The translations under genes were made by a program, and so were the position numbers. A stretch of DNA of 12,362 nt from Vitrella brassicaformis CCMP3155 (taxonomy: Eukaryota > Protista > Chromerida), in assembly GCA_001179505.1 (NCBI GenBank), contig CDMY01000898.1, positions 1-12,362 of the forward strand. The letters run 5' to 3'. The notes below the pieces were generated by a model. The model searched no databases. It was not told the origin of the DNA and was given only the letters and a program-made list of their open reading frames with translations. This document shows, piece by piece, positions 1 through 8,135 of this stretch; the first letter of the stretch is position 1, and each line of letters starts with the position of its first letter.

Positions 1-230
1 TCTAGATATGCCCATGCACCATTCTCGCCGTGCTTCTGGTATGCTTCTTGAATCAGTCGCTTGGCCTTGTCTGCTGTCTGCAAGGCGAGGAAGCCGAACA
101 GCCATCGGAGGTTCTTGGCGTTGGAGCTCTCCTGCTCAATCAGGATTGCTAGTAGTTGACTGCTGCTGATACTGCGCAAGACACTGATAGACCTGTTAGG
201 ATCTGTCAGTAAGACCGATGGACTGGCCAG
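1..230 (-). CDS. Possible coding fragment of a divergently oriented gene or element running off the window edge
   Basis: Stop-free minus-strand frame of 76 codons from 230 to the edge (LASPSVLLTDPNRSISVLRSISSSQLLAILIEQESSNAKNLRWLFGFLALQTADKAKRLIQEAYQKHGENGAWAYL). It has no ATG of its own and no family was recognised. An in-frame TGA lies at 233-231 and an ATG at 266. Confidence 0.3.
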   Translation of the reverse strand, partial: MASPSVLLTDPNRSISVLRSISSSQLLAILIEQESSNAKNLRWLFGFLALQTADKAKRLIQEAYQKHGENGAWAYL

Positions 231-330
231 TCAGTCAAAGTTGTTTCTGTCCATGTATGGCATCATGAAGGGTGGTCAACACAGATCTCACTTCGGTGAT
301 GGCTGATAAGATCGTGTCTCCTCAGAATGC

Positions 331-376
331 TTTCCTTGTCTTTCCTTGTCTTCTCCTCTCTCTCTCCGTTACACAG
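331..376 (+). repeat. Tandem 10-mer (TTTCCTTGTC)x2 plus CT-rich tract ending in an acceptor-like CAG
   Basis: tttccttgtc tttccttgtc ttctcctctctctctcc gttacacAG (AG at 375-376). Confidence 0.6.
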
Positions 377-442
377 CAATCTACCCTAGCTCACAAGCTC
401 GCAGTGGTTCGTCTTGCCAAGCTGGCAATCCTGACAACGACC

Positions 443-451
443 ATGATCTGA
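443..451 (+). promoter_or_regulatory. Minimal upstream ORF (ATG ATC TGA, M-I-stop) 15 nt before the TMEM94 start codon
   Basis: Seen directly: ccATGATCTGA at 441-451, in the same frame as ATG 467. Whether it lies within the transcript is unknown. Confidence 0.4.
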
Positions 452-466
452 CGCGTCTGTGAGAGG

Positions 467-3400
467 ATGATGAATCAAGAACGACGTGCGAGCGCTCCTG
501 CGCCGCAATCTGACATCCAAGGGGCCCCGCCTCCTCTCCCATCCATCTCGATGGTGCCTGACGCCGGCAGGCTGCCGCAGCTCAACGTCATCCCCATCCC
601 ATCAGCCGCAGGCGGAGGCGGACAGGCAGGCACGCCGTCCACAGGCACACCCCTGCTGCCGCCACACAGTGTCACGCAGCAGCCGCAGCACGGGTTTGGC
701 CATCCGGCAGGCAGCGCTCACCACGCGCATCGGCACTTCTCGGCGAGCGGTTTGTCAACGACGGTTGCGAATCGGCGTGTGGTCGACTCCATAGAGTCGC
801 TGATCCGGGAGTTCGAGGCCAAGAACACGCGCATCCCGTGGTCGGTGCGGTGGAGCTTCTTCCTGACGTTTGACGGGCTTGTTATCACCGCCTGTGTGCT
901 CATCCTCCTGGGGCTGTACTGCACCGCACCCAAAAGTGAGAGGCAGGGGATGGCTGGATGGCTTGATGGATGGATGGATGTCCCCTGTGTGTCTGTCTGT
1001 CTGAGTGCCTGCAGGTCTGCTGATAGTGGAGGTGCTGCTGCTGCTGCCCTTCATCGCGGCCAATGTGTGGATCAACTACCGCGCGCAACGCATTGAGGTA
1101 GGTGAGCAGGACAAACGAGCAAAATGATTTACTCACCGCATCTCCTTCTCTGTGTGTCAGCAAATCCGGGCGCTAGCCAAAGTGAAGGAGTCTTTGGAGA
1201 CCTTCATCGGCACTGAGGGCGCGTTCTCGTCGATGATCAGCAACGACTTTTCGTTCAGCGACCCGCCGTCGTCATCGATGGTGTCGGTGCTGAGGGACAA
1301 CGAGTGGCGACGAATGCCCTACAACATGGTTGGTCCCCCCCCCGCACATGCCCCTGGGGAGGGGAGGGCTGGTACGGGCGTGTATCACATCACCCTTCCT
1401 GTCTGGCTGTCATCGATCGATCAGGTGGTTGAAGGCGACGTGTTCAAACTCCGTGCCGGGGAGTTCTTCCCGACGGACGCCATCCTGCTGGAGGCCAAAC
1501 ACCGCCACCCCAACACCTCACCACACGCCCACCCCCATTCGTCCGCTGCCACCCCTCCGCCATTCCCATCGGCCGCGCGGGCACAGCAGGCTGCCCAAGC
1601 CACACATCATGCAACAGACATTGGTATGGTAAGAACCAGTGTCCTCTCCTCCCTTGATAGGATATCTATCGTTGCCTGCCATGTCGCTTGTATGTCTTGT
1701 GCCTGTCTGTCTGTGGTCGCTGGCTGCAGTGCTCACTCCAAGCAGCCTTCGGTACGAGTCGGGTCGGCGCTTCCTGCCCACCTCTCTGTCGTCTCAGCAC
1801 CCCACACCCTCCTCCACCAAGTCCGTCATCCACTTACACCCCCACCCACACCCACACTCTCGTGCATGTGGCGACAATGTTGACAACACCAGCCCGACCG
1901 AAGACCCGTCAGTCTTCGGCATCTCTGTGGCGTCGCCCGCACATAGGGAGCATCACCATGGCGGGGGCGGCGGTGAGGGGAGGGGCGCGAGCATGCAGGT
2001 GCCGCCGTCGCTGGTGCAGGCCTCCTTCCTCGCCACGTCCACCGCGTGTCTGCAACAAGTGCGGACCTTCCTAGAGGTCAGCGCAACGCACATACACACA
2101 CGCATCTTCAGCGCTTCCGTGGACCCGTGTGTGCGTGTGTGTGTGTGTGTGTGTGCAGACGTCCTTAAAGATCAAGAGCAGCCTGACCCGCGCGCGCAGT
2201 CCCTTTGACTCGTTGCAGTCAGGTGGCGAGGACAGCAGCGGCACCCGGCAGCCATCGGCCACTACGTTCTTCGAGATCGCCTTCTTGGTGCGGCGGAAGC
2301 TCATGTGGATCTGGGGGGCGGCCATGATCATCACCGTCGCGTCGACCGTCTTCTGGTCTGTGAGAGAGAAACCACACGCGAATCAACCAACGTGCCTGGT
2401 GTGGTTGTGTTGTGTGTGCAGGGAGGTGTGGAGTGGGCTGAAGGACCAGGTGGTGCCGTCTCAGATGCGCCGGGACCGGTGGCTGCTGCCCGTCAGACTC
2501 TCGCTGTGTTTCATGCCGCTCGTGCACAGGTCAGTCAGTCAGAGTCACCCCCACATGTCACGTCACTCGGATGTGCGCAGCGCCTGTCAGTCATGTGTGG
2601 GCGGTTGCCTGGCTGGCCTGCAGGATATTGCTGCAGATCACTGACGTGTGGGGCAACGCCCGCCTGCAATCCCTTTTCCAGTGGATTCGGGTACCCCACC
2701 CCCTCGCCACACACCGCCCACCACCCATCCACACCATCCACACCATGTGTGTGTCGATATATCAGGAGGACCAGGTGCACCGGCAGCAGCCCGCCAACCA
2801 CCAGCTGGGTGTCCGCACCACATCCACCTCCAAGAAGCTGCAGTGGCGCACCTCCTCCCTCTACGGCGCCGTGACGAAAGCCCTCGACTCCGTACCAGGC
2901 GCGCGCTCCGTCAAGTGGGCGGCGGCGAATGTGCGTGGCCGCGTGTGGAGGTGGTGGCTTCGCGCGGGCACCAGGGTGGTGCCTAATGCAACGCTCACTG
3001 GACTGCGGTCACAGGCGTCGAGTGCGGCTGTGTCGGAAGATGATGAGTCGGTACGTTTGTCGCTCGCACGTGTGTGTGGGTGCAATGGCATGTGTGTGTG
3101 TGTGTGTGGTCAGGAGGCGTCATCGTCGAGTCAGTTTTCGGCGTCCAACGTTCCTCTGTCCAAGCAGTTCCGCGAGCTGCTCGACATCCTCCGCCACGGA
3201 CTCGACGGCGCGTCCAACCTCCTGCACACGCTCAACTCTACCACCGTCCTGTGCTTCTGCGACAAAGAGGTCTGTCTGCCAGGCGGCAGAACGCCTGTGC
3301 GTTTCAACAGAGGTGGATGGGATGGACGGTTGTGGTTGGTGTTGGTGTTGGTGTGTGCAGGGTTTGCTGACGGACACGTGTCGGACGATCCAGGAGATCT

Positions 3401-6400
3401 GCATCTGTGCCACGCCATCAGCGACGGTGCGGCACTCCCTCTCCGCGCCGCAGATCTCCTCTGCCGCCCCACCCATCCCCGCCAGAGACATCACATCCGC
3501 AATGGCCATTGGCAATGTACGCAACGGTCGACCCTCACACACAAGAGGGAGGGACGTCGAATCATACCCGGTGTGTGTGTGTGTGTGTGTTCTCAGGACT
3601 ACCCCCCCAGTTTGCTCGGCACCCCCTCTCTCAGCCACGTGCACGCCCCCGCGCTGCTCGAGCTCACCATCCCCCCGGACCCCTCCGTCTCGCCCTCACG
3701 GCGGGAGCCCTCTCCATCCGTCATCGCGCAGCGGTCCGCATCAGACGAGTGCTTCGTCCATCCGCCATACTCCTCACACGCCTCACCGGCCACCACCACC
3801 AACGAGCATCACGCAGCAGCAGCAGCAGCGGCAGGCAGCCCCACACAGATGAGCAGCATGTCGGCGGCACACCTCAAGGGGCTGCCAGCGGTCAACGGCG
3901 GAGGGGTGGGTGTGGGTGTGAATATGGGGCCGCTGAGTGGTCACACGGGTGCGGCCACCACCAGCCCTGTTGGTGTGACTGGGGCGAGCACGCCGAGAGG
4001 GACGGATGTGCTGCACGTGCCGGCACTGCCCGAGGGGATCGGTGGCATACGCCCGGTGGTTGGGTAAGTTGGGTGGCTTGTTGGTCAACTGGCATGCTAC
4101 TATGGGGTCTGCTCTGGTCCCGCAATTGATATGATGCGTGTCTGTATGTCTGTCGTTCTGTATGTCTGGTCGGTGTCTGTCTGTCTGTCTGTCTGCTTGG
4201 CCGCAGAGAGAAGGTGGTGCTGGATATCCAGGTGGACTCGTTGAGCAGCGAGGGCCTGCGGTTCGAGGAGATGACGTGGCGGACCCACCTGGCCACTCTC
4301 ACTCCTCTCGCGCTCGCCATGAATCTCTGGAAGAACCTCATCTCACAACCATCCAAGTGAGTGACGTCGGGAGAATTTGCCCATTGATTCACTCACACAC
4401 ACGCCATGCACCCCACACACACGCTCCCTCCCTCCCTCCCTCCCTCCTCTCTCTGTGTGTGCAGGTCCACTGCAGGAGTGTTTCTGCACAGCGTCTGTTG
4501 CAGCGACATCTTCCGGGGCGACACGCGCTCCACTGCCCCCTGCTTCGTTGAGGGCGCCTCCTTCGCCCCCCTCCCCCTCCCCGTCCCGGACCGCCCGGAC
4601 CGCACCACCACCACCATGACCATGACGCCCCATTCACTGCCCCAGCCCCACCTCCCACACTCGGCATCCAACCCCAGCCTCACCAACCCCCCGACCCAGC
4701 CACAGCCACCCCAGACCCAGGCGGCCAAAGCCTTGCAGCGGGCGTATTGGGTCAAAGTGGAGAGCTCTAGCGGCTCCATGGACATGGACTGCCTCAGAGA
4801 AGAGACTGAGCAGGTGGTCCCGTCGGCGGCTGACACTGCTGGTGCTGGTGCTGGTGTTGGTGTTGGTGCTGTGCCTGGGGTGTCATCGTCGAGCCCGGCA
4901 GCAGATGGGCAGGGGCGATTGCGAAGGCGTCCGTGGCGTGTTGCTGGTGGGAGAGGGGGTGGTGTGCACAAGTGTGGTGTGGGTGGGCTGGGCTACAGCG
5001 GCGGGGAGGGTGGAGAGGGGGCAAGTGTGAGTATCCACCCTGCCACGGACGTGCTGCAGGACTGCCTCTGTCCTGTGTCGCGACTCATCGGCGTGCCGGA
5101 GAAAGCTGTCCAGGCATTCAGGCCACTCAGGTCACACACCTGACACACCACACCCTTCACAGCATGACAGACGAGATAGATGAGACCCGAACCCTTGTTT
5201 GTGACCTCAGCTTCGTTCTGGCCGTGGAGTCCTACCCTCTTCCATCAGAGGACCTGCCCTCTGCGCACCAGGCGCCCCCGAACCCCCAGATTTCGCCACC
5301 GCTGCACCACCCAATCGACATCAACCCGCCCGTTCCCGTCTCGTTCCCATCTCCATCCCCACTGCCATCCCCGCTACCCGAACAGTGTGTGTCACCCACT
5401 GCCGCAGCAGCAGCAGCAGCAGCAGCAGCAGAGACCCAGCCGTCAATGCTCCGCTCCATCTCAGCCAAGCACACCATCGACGACAGCCCCCTGATCCGTA
5501 CGAGCCTTGACGCATGGGAGTCGGCGACGGAGAAAGATGACGAGATCGAGGAAGAGGAGAGAGGTGACGAGGTGGCAGATGCTGCCGAGCCGGAGGAGAG
5601 GCGTGATGAGAGGGAGAGGGAGAGGGAGAGGGATGTGAGCGGCAGTAGTGGTGGTGGTGCTGGTGGCCAGAAGGGCAGTGAGGAGGGCATCCCGTCTGGC
5701 AAGAGCGGGGCGGTTTACTGGGTGGACCAGCCCACCTGTATCTGGCTCGTCCAGGACCCTCGAGACGGCTCTCTCCAACTCTTCTGCAAAGTCATCAGTG
5801 AACCAACACCACCCTGCGCCAAGCTAATGTCACTCATATGCCTTCCGTCCTGTCTCAGAGCCGGCCGCGTGTGTTGCTGGACCGATGCCGTCACTACTTT
5901 GACGGCGACAGCATCCAGCCCCTCTGTGAGGAGACCAAGCAGTCCCTCCGGCAGCTGCTGGTGCAGTGGAAGAGCAGCGGCCTCGACGGCGTCGCCTTCG
6001 GCTACCGGCCGCTGACCCACGGCCAGCAAATAGAGCTGCTCCGCGCTCTGCACGAGCAGAACATATTCGCCGTCGAGATGCACCCCAACCCCGTGACCCT
6101 CCCCCACGCACACGCACACCCCGCGCATTTCGCCGACCCCTCCCCCTCCGTCACTGCCCCTCTGCTCACATATTCACCCATTGCCGCTGCACACACAACA
6201 CCCGACCTGGCGGCCCCTCCCCCGGTGGCCCAAGAGTCCCCATATACGTCGGTGTGGTATGCGGCTGAGTGCTTCCCGGGTGCGAAGGACGCGCTGGCCA
6301 TCACCAGGATGGGGGCACTCGGGAGACTGGGAAGGGGAGGGCACCAACAGCACCAGCACCATCCCCAGCAGCATCAGCACGGGCCGGCACTCGCCCCGCC

Positions 6401-8099
6401 ACGCACGCCCCACTCACTCCGCAAGTCGCCGTCAAACGCGGATTTCGTCTCGCCTGATCGACAATCGGCCAACACGGGTGCATTTCAGCACCACCAGCCT
6501 GACAACTGGGGGGAGGGGGGAAAGGGCGACTTGTGCACTGCAGCACCGAGCTACGTCAACACGAGCTTGACGATGAGTCCAGTGGGGTTTGTGGGTGGTG
6601 GCGGAGTGGTGGCGGGTGGCGCACAGCCTGTGATGGCGCTGTATGGCGCGGGTCAGATGCTGAAGGCGTTGCTGCATGAGCAGATCTTCCTGGGCATGGC
6701 AGCGCTGCGCATGCAGACCAGCAGGGAGGTGTCCTCACTCATACAGGACTTCCACCAGGTAACGTAGGTAACGAACACGGTAGAATACGCCCGCCACGCC
6801 ATCCACGCGAGTCGTGCTGCTGTGTCGCGACTGCAGGCGGGGATTAGGTTTGTGTACTTTTCTCGTGAGGGCGAGAAGCGGACGCGCATCACCGGAGGGC
6901 AGCTTGGCCTGGAGACCGGCTGGAACTGCATGATATCGCTCACGCGCACATTCGGGTACGGTGCGCACACGACATCACACCACACACACAACAACAACCT
7001 CCTTTGTGTGTGTGTGTGTGTTTGTGTGTGATCAGTGAGAGGAAGAACCAGGACGGCAAGGTGATCCTGCCGTCGGGCATAGAGGACATCCGCCGGCACG
7101 TCCTCGAAACCGACAACGTGCCCCTGCTGATGTCACTCTTCTGCAACGGCAATGCTGAGAACATACAGCAGATGATCGGCATTCTGCAGGCCAGTCCCCT
7201 CCCGTCCCCCACAGACAGACAGACAGACAGACAGGCTCGGCTCACAGGCGGCCTATACATACGTGCCTGCGTGTGTATTCGTGTTGGTTGCAGGAGCACG
7301 GCGAGGTGGTGACGTGCATCGGTTCGGCCCTGCGGCCGAGCAACTTCGGTCTGTTCGGGCAGGCCAACTGCAGCGTGTCGGTGCTGGTGGGCCCCCACCC
7401 CATCTGCCGCTCCTGCCACGGCAAGAGGTGGGTCGGGCCCCTGCACCAACACGTGCTGCCGCGAATCCCATCCGAGTACGTCCTGTCGGCTTCGCTCACG
7501 TCGCTGCCCTGCGCACTGCAGTCGCACCACACCTACATCGGTCAGGAGGGAGGGAGCCAGCACTGGCAGGGCAGGGCGGCTGTGGACGTGGTTTGGTTGT
7601 GGTTGTGCGTATTCTGCGTGTGTGTGTGTGTGTGTGTTTAGGAGGTGAGACGCATTTGATTCTGGAGCTGCTGCTGAATGCGTTCAAGGAGGCGAGGAGA
7701 TGCGTCGATTCCATTCAGCAGGTAGGTCTGCAGGCCGATCCCTCACGCTCTTTGCCGTGAGGGCATTGTGTGGTGTGTGTGCGCGCGCGCGCGTGTGTGT
7801 GGTGGACAGGCGATCGTTTTCTACGTCGGTGGAGCGGCTTTGCTGTCGTGCATCCTCCTGCTGCAGTCGCTGCTGGGGCTGCCCGGCATCCTCCATGTAA
7901 GCACGACGCTCCATATATCCCGTCTCGGTCATCCTTCCATTGGATCGGATCCATCCTGCGTGTCGATTGGCATGACGCTGTCTATTTGCAGGGTGTGCAG
8001 CTGATGGTGATTCTGCTGATCTACCTACCGCTGCTCTCCACATGCCTCCTCGCAAACCCTGTAAGGGCCCACATGGCAAGAAGCCTCTGGACAAATCGT

Positions 8100-8135
<36 letters not shown>

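Noticed and set aside
1624-1634. Stronger-looking donor GTAAGA at 1629 for intron 4
   Set aside because: It is phase 0, whereas the acceptor at 1729 and the open frame of exon 5 need phase 1, which GTATGG at 1624 provides.
5027-5059. Possible 33-nt intron (GTGAGT...CTGCAG) inside TMEM94 exon 14
   Set aside because: It is far shorter than every other intron here (63 nt or more) and reads in frame as VSIHPATDVLQ, directly before the conserved DCLCPVSRLIG. Treated as coding, but only RNA-seq can exclude it.
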